From assembly GCA_964016885.1 (NCBI GenBank), contig OZ024743.1:326120001-326184000 (forward strand): a DNA stretch of 64,000 nt. The letters run 5' to 3'. Numbering within the stretch: position 1 is the first letter of the stretch; each line of letters starts with the position of its first letter. This DNA is from Eledone cirrhosa (lineage: Eukaryota). Made by a program: the position numbers and the translations under genes. Below the pieces are notes generated by a model that did not search any database, was not told the DNA's origin, and saw nothing but the letters and a program-made list of their open reading frames with translations. Shown here in pieces: positions 24,496-37,289 of this stretch.

Positions 24496-25450
24496 CAAAA
24501 TAATTAATCTTCAGCTTGGTTCAAATTTTGTCGTGGGTTTTTACTGTTAAATCCCTTGATATCTTAGCAAGAATCAAAGGCAACATAAGCTACCATTTGC
24601 TGTTGTTTAACTCCAAGTCAACTCAGATCCAGCCACAGCCATACCATCTTCTTTCTCTATGTAGGGAGCCCAGGACCATATTACCAAAGATGACCTCTTT
24701 AAATGTAATAGGATGTGATTTGAGTGAGATTTGGCTGCTATTTCTACAAGATCGAAAGACCATGCAGAGACTTGATCTCTTTTGAATCCACCATACTCTT
24801 CCTTTCAGAATTTGTCATCATGAACCTATCTATATTAGAAATCATTTTATCAACTAACTATACAACTCCCATTCAAAGAATTGGGCTTATGCCTAACTAA
24901 GCAAGAATTCAGTAGAGTGCCGGGCAAATGTGCATTTCTTTAAGTTTTTAGTTTGAATTCAGCCGAAGTAAATAAACACTAGTTAAGTAGATATCCCATT
25001 TTCTCTTACAACTCTCCATTTATTCATTCGGTGCTATCAGAAAACATCTTCCCCTCTCTCTCTCTCAGAGGAAGGGTTCTATCCGAAAGGTTACACTTCC
25101 CCGCCACTTCACGACAAATCACTGTTTCACCATCGTACTGATGGCCATATAATCGACTCTCCACTCCATGTTAATTCTTTTTTTAAATGAGTCTTTGTGC
25201 CTATGTTATACTGAAATCAGTAATGTTTCATTGCATTGAATGTTGCAATAGTGATACTTTTGTACTTCCGTAGATGATTTTAATCTCACATAACTACTGC
25301 AACGACACCTCCGTTCTGCTTTGCTTTGCTCTACTCTTGCGTACTCTATGCTTGCTTGCCTAGCAAAAAAACCAAACCAAAAAAAACACTCCCTCCAACC
25401 TCCACTATCAGCATCCTCTGCCTCAACCTCAATCTCAAAAAGCTCCAAAG

Positions 25451-25490
25451 CCATAGTTCGCGTCACGTGACATAGTTCCAACATGGCGTA
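25451..25490. promoter_or_regulatory. Putative Pol II promoter / TSS motif cluster
   Basis: Palindromic E-box GTCACGTGAC (25462-25471) between two CATAGTTC repeats, followed by YY1-like AACATGGCG (25480-25488); non-repetitive and at the edge of a CpG-retaining block. Confidence 0.55.
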
Positions 25491-27017
25491 TTTCCTCCCC
25501 GTATCTCAGGTTGTGTAAATGATAATGAAATCCTTTTAGTCGTGTGTGAGTGTATGTGTGGCATTTTTTTTTAAAAAAGAAGACTATGTATGTATGCGTG
25601 TCGTCGTTGTATTATGCGTGAGAGTGTGAAAAGTAAAAATAAATTAACAAACCACACAGGAAAAAATAATACCCTATCACTTTTTTGTGTTTGTTGAAGG
25701 TCTGACTAACTTAAGCGTTTCTACTGGATTATTACAGTTATTTCACAAACACTGACATTTAAAATGGGATCTTCGATTGCCAGTATATAATCTCGTGAGT
25801 AGCCAACACTTTTCTTTCTTTCCCATCTCCTTTAAGTCCCAAAGTTCTATTTTTCGGTTTAGAGCCGTTTTGTTTGTTGCACTGATATGTTTTGTCTAGC
25901 AACTCTGTTTTTCTTCTTCCTTTCTCTTTCTCTTCTCTCTTTTGTTTCACTCTTTCTCCTCAAACTCTCTAACATAACACACAACTACGATTTTCGAATC
26001 ATTTAAGCTTTGCTTTTCATTTTCTTACATTGCATAGTTGTCCCGCATTGCTCATGTATGTAGTATTTATTGTTGACTGCATTGCCCTTGTGACAAATAT
26101 AGATCATCATTAGCAATTATGGTAATTTTTGTTAAAAATTCCACCAATATTGATTATTTTTTCATTTCCGGGTGGATGGAATTATGTACCAGTCAAGTAC
26201 TGTGGTCAACTTAATCGACTGCAATCGCTCGTCTAAAAATATCTGGCCATTTACCTGCTATACATTATTTTTATTGTTGTTATTAGTTATTATTAAATAA
26301 AGAAAACAGTATTATTATTATTCTATTTTATACTTGGGCCAATACAATCCTGTTTATCTTCTCGTTAAAAAATTAAACCAGCATGTTTGTTACACATACA
26401 CACGCACACACAGACATATACATTACAAATTCATAGTTGTCGTGTATATACACACACAAGTTTTGTTTATTTCTTTGGCTATTGTTTTCTACTAAATTGA
26501 TTATTTATCATGCTAAAGTGTAGTTTCCTTTTATGTTGTCCTTTTGGCGAATAAAGAAACAATTATTGGTGACATGTCACAAATGGTAGGCAGGAGCTGA
26601 TACACTGAACACCTTTTAAAGTATCAGTATTTAGAGTTTTAATTTTGTCTTCCTTTGTTGTGTAATCGTAGCAGGGCCAATCGCCTTTATCGTTTTGAGG
26701 ACAGGTGTAGATAAAATAAGTTCTAGCTATTACATTATTTCATACTAACCGTTACTAATATGTAACCTTGTGACTATAAAAAATTGTCAAAGAGTAATGG
26801 TGGGTAGAAGAATCGGTAGAGCGCCGGATTAGAGCCTTGCGATATTCAGTTATGTCCCTTTACGTTCTGAGTTCAAATGTCGTTGAGGTCGATTTTTGGC
26901 ATTCATATTTGTAGTCTTGTTAGAAACAATTATTAATTATAGCTTGCCTGCTTTCGCTGTACCGTTTACACTACCACGACGCTCGGTAAATAGCCGGATT
27001 AAGCCGCGGACAATATA

Positions 27018-27737
27018 TATAGAACACCCCACTCGATTTCAGTGGGAAAAACATTTTTTTCCTGTTTTTTTTTTTTTTTTCGTATTCTATCAACTTATCT
27101 AATCTCCAAGATTCGACTTTTTCCCCGAAGAACGGAAGAGGTGGGGTGGGCCTCCTCCTCCGAATTTTCTTTCCATTTTTTTTTCTTGTGTTATCAACGA
27201 ATAGGACCTCCAAACCAGTCTGAAATGACTAGATTTGTAGAAATAGTAGGTTGAAAGGGAGCGAAAAGACCATCGGATTTTCTCAGATATACACACTTCT
27301 CGCGTTTGGTGGGGAATAATCATTCCTTGTTTTTTTTTCTGAACCCCTTAGATTCTGCAATCAACTTTTCCCCGGAAAACGGATACCCTATTGCTAAACC
27401 TAACCCGGGAAAAAGTCTATTGCAAAGTATCTAAGTGGTCCAGAAAAAAATCGAAGATAATTATTTCCCACTAAACGCGAGAGGTGTAGATCTGCGAAAC
27501 TCCGATGGTCTTTTCGCTCCATTTCACATTCCCTTTTTTTCTACAAATCTAGGTCCTATTCGTTGATAACAAGCAAAAAAAACAAAAAATCCTAGGGAAA
27601 ACTCCGATTCGGGGACCCACTCCACTCCCTCCGTTCCCCGAGGAAAAAGTTGATTGCCAGTATCTTGGAGGTTAGATTAGTTGATAGCACACGAAAAACG
27701 AGATTTTTCCCTATTGAAATCGAGTGGGGTGTCTTAT
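27018..27737. mobile_element. Long-TIR foldback DNA transposon remnant (pogo/Tigger-like)
   Basis: About 300-bp imperfect inverted arms: CACCCCACTCGATTTCA / TGAAATCGAGTGGGGTG, TTATCAACGAATAGGACC / GGTCCTATTCGTTGATAA, GGAGCGAAAAGACCATCGGA / TCCGATGGTCTTTTCGCTCC; right end GGGGTGTCTTATA interrupted by a SINE. Confidence 0.8.
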
Positions 27738-27990
27738 AATAATTGTTTCTACTTTTGGCACAAGGCCAGCAATTACCCCAGTGCATTATTGGTGCTTTAT
27801 TTTATCGACCCCGTAAGGATGAAAGTTAACCTCGGCGGGATTTGAACTCAGAACGTAAAGTGCCATAACTCCATGCTGCAAAGCATGGTGTTTGACGCTC
27901 TACTGATACTGCCAATAATAATTGTTTCTACGTTAGGCACAAGGCCAGCAACAACCCAGTGTATTACTGGTACTTTATTTTATCGACCCA
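27738..27990 (-). mobile_element. Two tandem family-A SINE copies (one nearly complete, one 3' fragment)
   Basis: Identity to 12171-12355. Confidence 0.85.
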
Positions 27991-28130
27991 ATGCCTATTG
28001 CTGTGTTTAGTTACTTCCATTTATGTTTCGAGTTCAAACCCAACCAGTTTTCACCTTCCATGATGTGTAGTCTTGTGCGATATTATTATTATTATTGCCC
28101 TTGTAGCTAATAAATGAAATCATTATTATT

Positions 28131-28300
28131 ATTAACCTCGGCGGGATTTGAACTCAGAACGGCTCTTGCCATTCTGAGTTCAAATCCCGCCGAGGTTAAT
28201 TTTGCCTTTCATCCTTACGGGGTCGATAAAATAAAGTACCAGTAATGTACTGGGTAATTGCTGGCCTTGTGCCAAAAGTAGAAACAATTATTATTATTGT
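28131..28300 (+). mobile_element. Family-A SINE with 5' fold-back inversion
   Basis: TTAACCTCGGCGGGATTTGAACTCAGAA followed 12 nt later by its exact reverse complement, then the normal SINE body and tail. Confidence 0.85.
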
Positions 28301-30077
28301 TGCCGCTAATAGAAACGATAGATTAGTAGATCAAAGAACCTAAAAAGTAATTAGTTTTGTTCCTCTACATTCTCAGTTTTTATAATCTTACCTGCGTTGA
28401 TTTTAAAATATTATATTAATCAATTCAATCGCCTGTGGCCACACTCTTTTCCAAAATTCTGACTTTGTGTCTTAGTTTTAGAACGGTGATTGGGAGAACG
28501 CCAGGCATTCTGAGTCCTCCTTATTGAAATCGATAAATCACCCGTTAATTAACTGGTTCGATTTAATCGACCCCCCCCCCACCTATGTTAGAGTTCAACA
28601 TCATAATTAACTCGTGTAAAATAAATAAATAATGATAATAATAATAGCTGATAGTTCAAATCACTTTCGAATAATTTTATACGTCGCCCAGATTTTCTTG
28701 TGGGTCTTTAAGACTTTAATTTGTTGTGCTTTCTGTCGATCATTGGCGAAATGTTGAGCTTACGCAAAGATCGAATGCGACATTTATTATATTTTATTCA
28801 CACACCTAAACATTGTTCACCCAAAATACTACTTGCTTTTTTAAATTGTCGGTAAAGACATGAATATTTCCCTTGGTTTATAAATTTTTTGTTTTATAAT
28901 TTGATTGAACAGAAAAAAAACCAGGGAGACAACACGTGGCGTTCTGTACATGGTGTTAAATTATTTATTGCGCCGTTTCAGTAAGAGGTATATGTTTTCG
29001 ATTTCTCGTTAAAAAACATTTAACTTGAGATGGTCGTTACTAAAAAGCCTTGCTCTTGAGGTAAAAAAAAAGTGTCTGTGTGTGTGAGGGGCAACATCGC
29101 GGTACTTTCTTCCCCTTGTAAATATGATTGACGCCTTGTTTATATGTTGTGTGGAAGAATGGTCATGACTGTTTACAAGAAATCTGTGTCATGAATGAAT
29201 TATTTAAAACCGGACTACATTTTATAGTCGGCAGGCATGTTTAAGGGTTGTCGTTCAATGATTGACAAACGAATACACACGCACACACACATACGTGTGT
29301 GTGTATATCTGGAAGTTTCTCTTGTGTACTCATAGGATGATGACCCAGAGTAACAAGACTCAAACTTGATCTTAATAAAGAAAATATTAATTTTTACTAT
29401 GGTATCGAGTACTTATTCTCTTGATCGCCAATACTTATCGGATACATGTATAATCGGTGGTTTACATGACTCTTCCGTGTTTAAAAATCAGGGTCATTGC
29501 AACGCTCAAAAACCATTATTGTTTGCTACACAATTGATAATAATTGTTTCTACTTTTTGGCACAAGGCCAGCAATTATTTAAGTGTATTACTGGTACTTT
29601 ATTTTATCGAAATGATATCGTGGCAAAATACCGAAGGACAAAGGCCCCTTAATTCATATAGAAAGAATATAAAAATTAACTTCGTTTAAGTTTTCACGAT
29701 TTTTATTTTCAAAACAATTTTCGAATAAAATAATGAAAATAATATAAACGTGTATTCAATAATGAAAGCATTAATTAGCAGTACTCTTTCACTTTCTATA
29801 ATTATACTAAACTACCATTTAAATAATTAATAAACCAATCAATTGGTTTCTCTATGATTTTCATTTTTTAAATTTTATTTCTAACGCATGTTTTTTTTCT
29901 CTAATCGCGGTATTATGTTCTACTTTTATAAGTTAAACGTGTGCATTTTGTCTGAGGTTGAATGTTTTGTTTTAATTCCGGGATATTCAATATGAAACTG
30001 AAACGGAGAAAGAAGCAACAATTACAGTTTAGTTTTCCCACCCACTTGTGAAAGTTTATTACAGTTTCTTGGAAATT

Positions 30078-30195
30078 TCGAATCCCGCCGAGGTCAACTT
30101 TGCCTTTCAACCTTACGGGGTCGATAAAATAAAGTACCAGTAATGCACTGTGTAATTGCTGGCCTTGTGCCGAAAAGTAGAAACAATTATTATAA
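30078..30195 (+). mobile_element. 5'-truncated family-A SINE
   Basis: AATCCCGCCGAGGTCAACTTTGCCTTTC...AGAAACAATTATTAT. Confidence 0.85.
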
Positions 30196-30459
30196 ACATA
30201 CTGAGTTCAAATTCTGCCGAAGACACCTTTGTCTTTCATCATTTCGTCGTTAAAGATAACTACTGGAGTTGGTATAACTCCTGACTGTTATTTCAGAGTT
30301 CCATTCGTTAATACTGTTATCACTAAATACTCTCTTTCGATTTATGTTTGTTTATAGATGGAAGCTCATGTAAATTCTGAAAAAAATTTCATCAGGCCTT
30401 CTAATATTTGCTACAGGAATAGTGCCATGTCTCAACTGAATTGCGATTATATAAATATA

Positions 30460-30556
30460 TACAGGGTGTCCCCCCAAAATGTATACATACTTCAACAGCA
30501 TTCTAATAAATAATGTCTGTACAGGTAATCAAAGTGTGTATACATTTTTGGGATAT

Positions 30557-30561
<5 letters not shown>
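30460..30561. mobile_element. Tc1/mariner-like MITE
   Basis: TA-CAGGGTGTCCCCCCAAAATGTATACATACTT / AAGTGTGTATACATTTTTGGGATATCCTA-TA inverted ends. Confidence 0.65.
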
Positions 30562-30606
<45 letters not shown>

Positions 30607-31444
30607 TAAATAAAATAGTACATTACTATATTTGCTATGGAGGACTGATTCTTAACGGAAGATTCGTTTTATTTCTTACTAATAGATTTACATTCAGCTC
30701 GAAATATTACGTGCATAACTATTTACCTTGAGTTTTTAATTTTGTTACACACACACACACATATAGGTCTCAACATGATTGTACATTTGGAAACGTATCC
30801 TTGCAAAACTTCTTTTGAAATATGAATTAAGAAAGTTAGGAGGAAATAACCCTGAAGTGGAGTTTATATATATATATATATATATATATTGTGTATGCGT
30901 TTGGCTCCGTGAGCACTACAAGACTTAAACTTGACCTTAATAAAAATACACACACGCGCGACAAGATCATATACGTTTGTTTACACAGGCACGCATACAA
31001 TATTTATATTTAGACACGGCCAAATTTCTGGTCTTGTACCTCAATCTGTAATTAAGATTTGTGGTATATATCTCGGTTTCCATGCGTAGAGAATGTATGT
31101 GAAACAGTAGCTTCGGAGCGGGGTCGTAGTAGGCCTGACTACCTGGTAGCTCTTAGAGCACTCTATCTACCACGTTCGCTATTTACATACGCAAATACAG
31201 TTACCGAAGAAACCGTTTATTATAATCACAGGTTAACGTTATGAGGCTATTTAAAATTATCCGCGAACTAAAATCACAGTTCTGAATATCATTATCAAAA
31301 TGTTCAAGTAAACCGCCACGCAACCACTATAATAACTAAATGAAGATCAAAAGAAAAGCGCGCTAGCTTCGGAAACGTGCGAGGTGTTTGGTGAGGTAGT
31401 GGTGGAATGGTATGTAGTGGGTGGGAGTGAAGATACTGTTGTGT

Positions 31445-31493
<49 letters not shown>

Positions 31494-31596
31494 ATTGCCA
31501 CCAAGATGCTTTAAGCTTGATCATATCTACAATCTATTTTCCTTAAGTATAGGGTACTATATAGGCTTACTGGTCTTAACTAATATCTCATCTATC

Positions 31597-32612
31597 ATCA
31601 TCATCATCGTTTAACGTCTATCTTCTACGCTGCCATGGGTTAGACGGGAATTATCCAATTTGAGGCAAGATTGATCGGGTGACCGTGTCTCGCTCTGGCA
31701 GGTTTTCTACGGCAGGATGCCCTTCCTAACACCAACCACATTTACAGTGTGGACTGGGAGTCACTTTACTTCGTGGATTGGGTGTTCTTTTGTTGTGGTA
31801 CCAACATAACTTTACAGAGAAAGGGTAGTGTTGGTGGAAGTGGGAGGATGGGGTAGTGGGTTGAGGTGTATATTTGGTTAAGAGGTGCCTACTAACTAAG
31901 TTAACTTTGTACGTAGGGAAAGCGGGTCTTCTGTATTACTGCGTAGCGCCAAAGATCTCGATCCAGTGACATTGTCTTAGAGAGATGTAAGTGTGTGAGG
32001 TTGGAATTTATCATGTCGTTCCAGGTTTTTCTGGGTCTACCTACTCTGAACTTCCATCAATTTTGATCGCCCTGCACTTTTTTATACAGCTGTCGTCTTC
32101 ATGCACATCACATGACCATACCAACGTAATCTTCTCTCAAATATACAGCATCTGATCCCTCTTATTCCTAATTTCTCACTTAGTTTGTTTATGTTTTACC
32201 ATTCGTGTATATTACTATTACACATCCAACGGAGCATGCATGCTTTGTTCCTTTCCAATCTGCGTGGGTGCTCTGCATACAATGCCCATGTCTCACTGCC
32301 ATGTAGCATTGCTGTTCGTATACAAGCATCATACAATCTGTCTTTCATTTTTAGACAGAAACCTTTAGTGGCCAACAGCGGTATTAGCTCTCTGAACTTT
32401 TTCCATCCCGTTCTAACTCTGGCTACTGTACTTTCAGAACACCCTCCACCACTGCTGATTTTGTCACCCAGGTAACGGAAAGTGTTCACTATTTCTATAG
32501 AACCATCTGGGCAGTAGAAAGAGCTAGTATCCTGTGGGCACCTGAGCATCAGCCACATATAAAATTTATGTTCTTAGATAGCTTGCCTGTGATTCCACTA
32601 CATCTTTTATGT
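31597..32612 (-). mobile_element. RTE LINE 3' portion with extended 3' UTR
   Basis: ORF 32196-32558 FRYLGDKISSGGGCSESTVARVRTGWKKFREL; (CAT)n tail on + at 31597; same 3' UTR as 19740-20245. Confidence 0.92.
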
Positions 32613-33412
32613 ATCTTTTTGTTTAAAACAACAGATGGCTGGATTGGAAATATCCCTTTAAAGTTTTAATGTTGCAAAAAAAAAGAAACTTCAGGAAACT
32701 GATCAGCCACTTGATCTCCTACCAACCAGGCACACAAGCCAGATTGACTTCTCAACAGAAGTACACAGATGGTTGTAAATACTCTCTCTGAAGAGGAATG
32801 TATCACCTAACATAGACAAGACCAATCAATTTACCAACAACCAACATGTAACTACCACTATTTCTCTTCAATTACTACTGCCCTTACCATCCTCTCACTC
32901 CTGTCACTAGTTCATCTCACTCATACTATAATCTTTTCACACATGAGGACTCTTTAGTTGTGTAGGGAACCTAGCAAGTTCTCTAGTGCTGGTGCCATGA
33001 TAAAATTCACTATGGATGGAGTCTATGTAGATTAGAGAGGTTTCTTTAGTGTTGTTAAAGATGTGACAACCTTTGTAGTGCTGGTGCCACAATAAAACGG
33101 ACCCAGTACACTCTATAAAGTGTTTAGGAAGGGCACCAGACTGTAGAAACCATGGCATAATCAGAGAAAGTAAGTGAAATATGGTTCTCAGAAAATCCAA
33201 ATAAGAACTGAATCAAATCATGACACTGTTGAGCATGGTAAGCAGACAAAATGATGGTGATGATAGATAGATATGTTGTTGATGTTGCTATAGTTTACAT
33301 CTATGTAGGTTTTAAAGTGTTTTAAAGATAGAGGCCTCAGTCCTATCATGAAAAATCAATGTAAAATAAGTTTTTTGCCAAAAAAATGCATTGTGTGTAT
33401 ATATATATATAT

Positions 33413-33752
33413 GGAGGCACATGGCTTAGTGGTTAGAGCATTGGCCTTGCAATCGAAAGGTTGTGAGTTCAATTCTCAGACCAGGTGATGTGTTGTTTCC
33501 TTGAGCAAGACACTTTATTTCACATTGCTCCAGTTTATTCAGCTGTAGAAATGAGATGATAGGGACTGGGGTCCATATCATTCCACTGCAAAGTGGTCGT
33601 GGAGGTGCCACGGCAAAAAAGCACCCAGCACTCACTGTAAATGAGGTTGGTGTTAGGAAGGGCATCCAGCTGTAGAAATCAAGCCAGAATCAGTTCCCGT
33701 CCCACCCTTGCAAGCAGGGAAAAGCGGATGTAAAATGATGATGATGATGATA
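33413..33752 (+). mobile_element. Young tRNA-CORE-like SINE with RTE-shared 3' module
   Basis: A-box TGGCTTAGTGG, B-box GAGTTCAATTC, CORE-like TCCTTGAGCAAGACACTT...CAGCTGTAGAAATGAG, then the AAAAAAGCACCCAG / AGGAAGGGCATCCAGCTG module and (GAT)n. Confidence 0.9.
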
Positions 33753-34915
33753 TGTGTGTGTGTATGTGGAGTGTCTGCTGTGCAAAGACTGGGAAGACCA
33801 CGAACCAGAGTAGTGCTTGATGCAGGGTGAGAATATTAATATATATCTATATATATATGGGTGTGTGGTCTAGTAGTTAATGTTGGATTTATGATCATTA
33901 GGTTGTGGGTTCAATTCCCACTGTTTTACTATAGACAACCCCTTACCATCTTCTCATCTGGATCACTTTCACTTCTCAGATTCCCTATACCTCACAGTCC
34001 ACAAAACTAGAGATTGCTTGCTCACCTGCCCTCTCTTGTATTCATTATGATTCTGCCCATACAAAGAAGAATACTCTTAATCCTGTATATATCTAATCCC
34101 CTCTTTCAACACTCTGCCACCAATTTTACAGATGTATCCCCTTTCCCCCTATCATCACAATCACTTCTGAGTGGCCAGCCATCACTCCATTTTCTCAAGG
34201 CCACTTATAGCAATAACTCTTCTTGTGATTCTCTCTCTCTCTCCCAGTAACAAATATGTAGCTACCATTGCTCCCTCCACAATGCCTTTTCCATTATACT
34301 CTCATTCACCCTCTCCTATTTCTTGTCAAGGTCACAGTGACCTTACAAGTGTTGGTGTAATAATAAAATGCACCTAACATACACTGTAAGTGATAGAGTT
34401 GGTGGCACAATAAAATGCACCCAGTACACTTTGAAAAGTAGAAATTATGCCCCAAAATAGAATGTATGAGCAAGATGTGGTTCTCCCATCTTGACTAGTT
34501 TTGGACTGTGATTACCCATCCATCCCAGGTCAGCATAGAAAATAGATGTAAAATGATGATGATGTTACTTACAAGTTAAACATTTTTTTAGTAATCAGAT
34601 ATTTAGAAATATACAGATATTGCCATCAGTCAAACAAAAAGAGGAAAAAAAAACAAAAACATTCAAAATTGATGAATGTGGTGATTTAACCTAGAGTTTT
34701 ACTGAATGTTTTTAACACAGAGAATTTATTATTACAAAGAATAAATATGATGATGTCACTTCTTAGAGGCTGAATCTAGTTTTTAAACACTATGATTGTT
34801 CTTAAGGTATACATAGATATTTAGATACTGTCATAGATATGATGTGTCATCATCACCGTTTAATGTCTATTTTTCCACGCTTACATGGATGGGTTCTGTG
34901 TGTGTGTGTGTATGA

Positions 34916-35412
34916 AGGCATGTGGTTTATTGGTTAGAAGATTGGATTTGCAATTGTGAGGATACCAGTTCGATTCCCGGACCTCAACCTTTTCCATACA
35001 CCTCCCATCAGCACAGGCTGAAGCATACATCCAGTGTGCACCACCTTCACTTCCACCCTTCTATTTACCTCCCGCATCCTAACTCTCCATCCCTCACACA
35101 TGGCCAAATACCCATCTCCCCAATCCCCACACACCTCTCCCACCAAAGTCCCCAGCCCACAATGTAAAGTGGTCATGTAAGCGTCACAACAAAAAGCGCC
35201 CAGCCCACACTGTAAAGTGGTTGTGTAGGCGTCACGACAAAAAGCACCCAGCATATACTAAATCTGGATGGTGTTAGGAAGGGCATCTAGCTGTAGAAAC
35301 CAAGCTAAAAGAAGTTCTGTATGAGCATGGCATGGTTATCTAACCTGGTATTTCTCACAACAGGACAGCTCGTCTAACCCATGCTGGCAAAATGGACGTT
35401 AAATGGTGTGAT
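34916..35412 (+). mobile_element. tRNA-headed SINE-like element with RTE-shared 3' module
   Basis: GGCATGTGGTTTATTGGTTAG..AGTTCGATTCCCGG head, C-rich body, module and GGACGTTAAATG tail. Confidence 0.65.
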
Positions 35413-35414
35413 GA

Positions 35415-35695
35415 TCCATTTTTCCACACTAGTATAGGTTAGACAGGTTGTCCCATTTGAAGCAAGTTGGGTCAGGTGATTGTGTCTTGCGCATACAGAA
35501 CTGTTTCTGCTTTGTTTCTACGACTGGATGCCCTTCTTAATGCCAACCACATTTACAGTGTGTGCCGAGTGCTTTTTGTCATGACTCCTACACAACCACT
35601 TTACAATGGGGGCTGGGTACTTTTTGTTGCGACGCCTACACGGTCACTTTACAGTGTGCACTGGCTGCTTTTTGTCGTGTTGCCTACAGGAAGAC
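35415..35695 (-). mobile_element. RTE/SINE 3' module, inverted, adjacent to the previous copy
   Basis: GGATGCCCTTCTTAATGCCAACC and TGCTTTTTGTC repeats. Confidence 0.7.
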
Positions 35696-35814
35696 ATGAT
35701 ACTTCCCAGCATATATATACTTATATGTTGATACCGAGTTCCCACCTCCCTACCCCCTCTACCCCAATACTCTAAAATACTTCTCTACTTCTCCCAACCA
35801 CTATGAAACTTATA

Positions 35815-37187
35815 ATATCAATGACTAGGAGTAGATGAGTGGCTTGTGAAGGCTGTATAAGCCATGTATAGGGGAGCAGTCAGCAAAGTTAGGGTTAACA
35901 ATGACTATAGCAAAGAATTTAGCATACAGGTTCTGTTCTTAGCCCTCTCCTGTTTATTATCGTATTGCAGGCCATAACATAGGAGTTTAAGACCGGATGC
36001 CCATGGGAACATCTGTATGTGGATGATCTTACACTTATAGCTGAATCTATGGTGGAACTAAAGAAAAAATTCCAAACATAGAAGAAGGGATTAGAAAGGA
36101 GGGGTCTCAAAGTCAACCTGACAAAGACTAAGGTCCCCATAAGTAGAAGAGAAAACAGAACCCAGATCCCCTCAGGGAAATGGCCTTGCTCAGTCTGTAG
36201 GAAAGGTGTTGGTAGAAATTCCATCCTCTGCCCCAAATGCAAACTATGGGTACACAAGAGATGTTGTGGGATCTCAGGAAGTTTAGCTAAGAATGTAGGC
36301 TTTACATGTAGCAGACCGCAGAAAACAAGCACGACCAAATTTTGGGAGGGCTTGGTAGAAACAGTAGACAGCTTCTGCTACCTGGGTGACCAAATTAACA
36401 GCGGAGGTGGGTGTGCTGAAAGTACAGTAGCCAGGGTAAGAATGGGATGGAAGAAGTTCAGGGAGCCACTGCTAGCTGCAAAAAGCTTTTCCCTCAAAAT
36501 GTATGATCCGTGTATATGAACAGCAAGGTTGCATGGTAGTGAGACTTGGACGTTGTGTGCAGAAGACTTGTGTAGATTGGAAAGAAATGAAGCTTGCATG
36601 CTCCGATGGGTGTGTAATAGTAATATACGTGAACAACAGAGCATAAACGAATTGAGAGAGACTAGTTATAAGAGGAATCAAATGCTGTGTGCAGGAGAGG
36701 AGATTATGCTGTGTGCAGGAGAGGAGATGCGTATGAAGGATGACAGTTGCATAAAAAGGTGCAGAACGCTAAATGTCGGTGGAGGCCTTGGAGTGGGGAG
36801 ACCCAATAAGACCTGGAATGAGCTGATAAAAGCTGATCTTGCCCAATTGCACCTCTCAAGAGCAATGACACACGACCGTGACCTCTGGCGTCCCGCAGTA
36901 ATACAGAAGACCCGACTTCCCACGAGTACAAGCCAAAGCTGAAGCATACAGACAGTATGCTCCCACCTCCTCCCACTGTATAGTGGTCGTGTAGGTGTCA
37001 CGACAAAAAGCACCCAGTACTCACTGTAAATGAGGTTGGTGTTAGGAAGGGCATCCAGCTGTAGAAATCAAGCCAAAATTAGTTCTGTATGAGCAAGACA
37101 TGGTCACCTGATCTGGCATTGCCCACAACAGGACAACTCGTCTAACTCATGCTAGCGTGGAAGAATGGACCTAAAATGATGATGATA
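35815..37187 (+). mobile_element. RTE LINE 3' half, decayed, with 3' module
   Basis: LGVDEWLVKA, LYVDDL, GKWPCSVCRKGVGRNSILCPKCKLWVHKRC, HGSETW, GRPNKTW; (GAT)n tail. Confidence 0.92.
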
Positions 37188-37289
37188 TACACATACACAC
37201 ACGGACAGGTAGCAAATGCATTTTAGAACCCACCTCTCCTTTTTTGTTATACAATATTTTCCGTGAATTGTAAATAAAAATTTTAGAAA

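Noticed and set aside
25206-25484. 92-aa minus-strand ORF at the promoter-like site
   Set aside because: Low-complexity translation with no recognisable domain; more likely promoter or UTR sequence
33413-33485. tRNA gene
   Set aside because: A and B boxes are present but continue into a SINE body; no complete cloverleaf or terminator; multicopy
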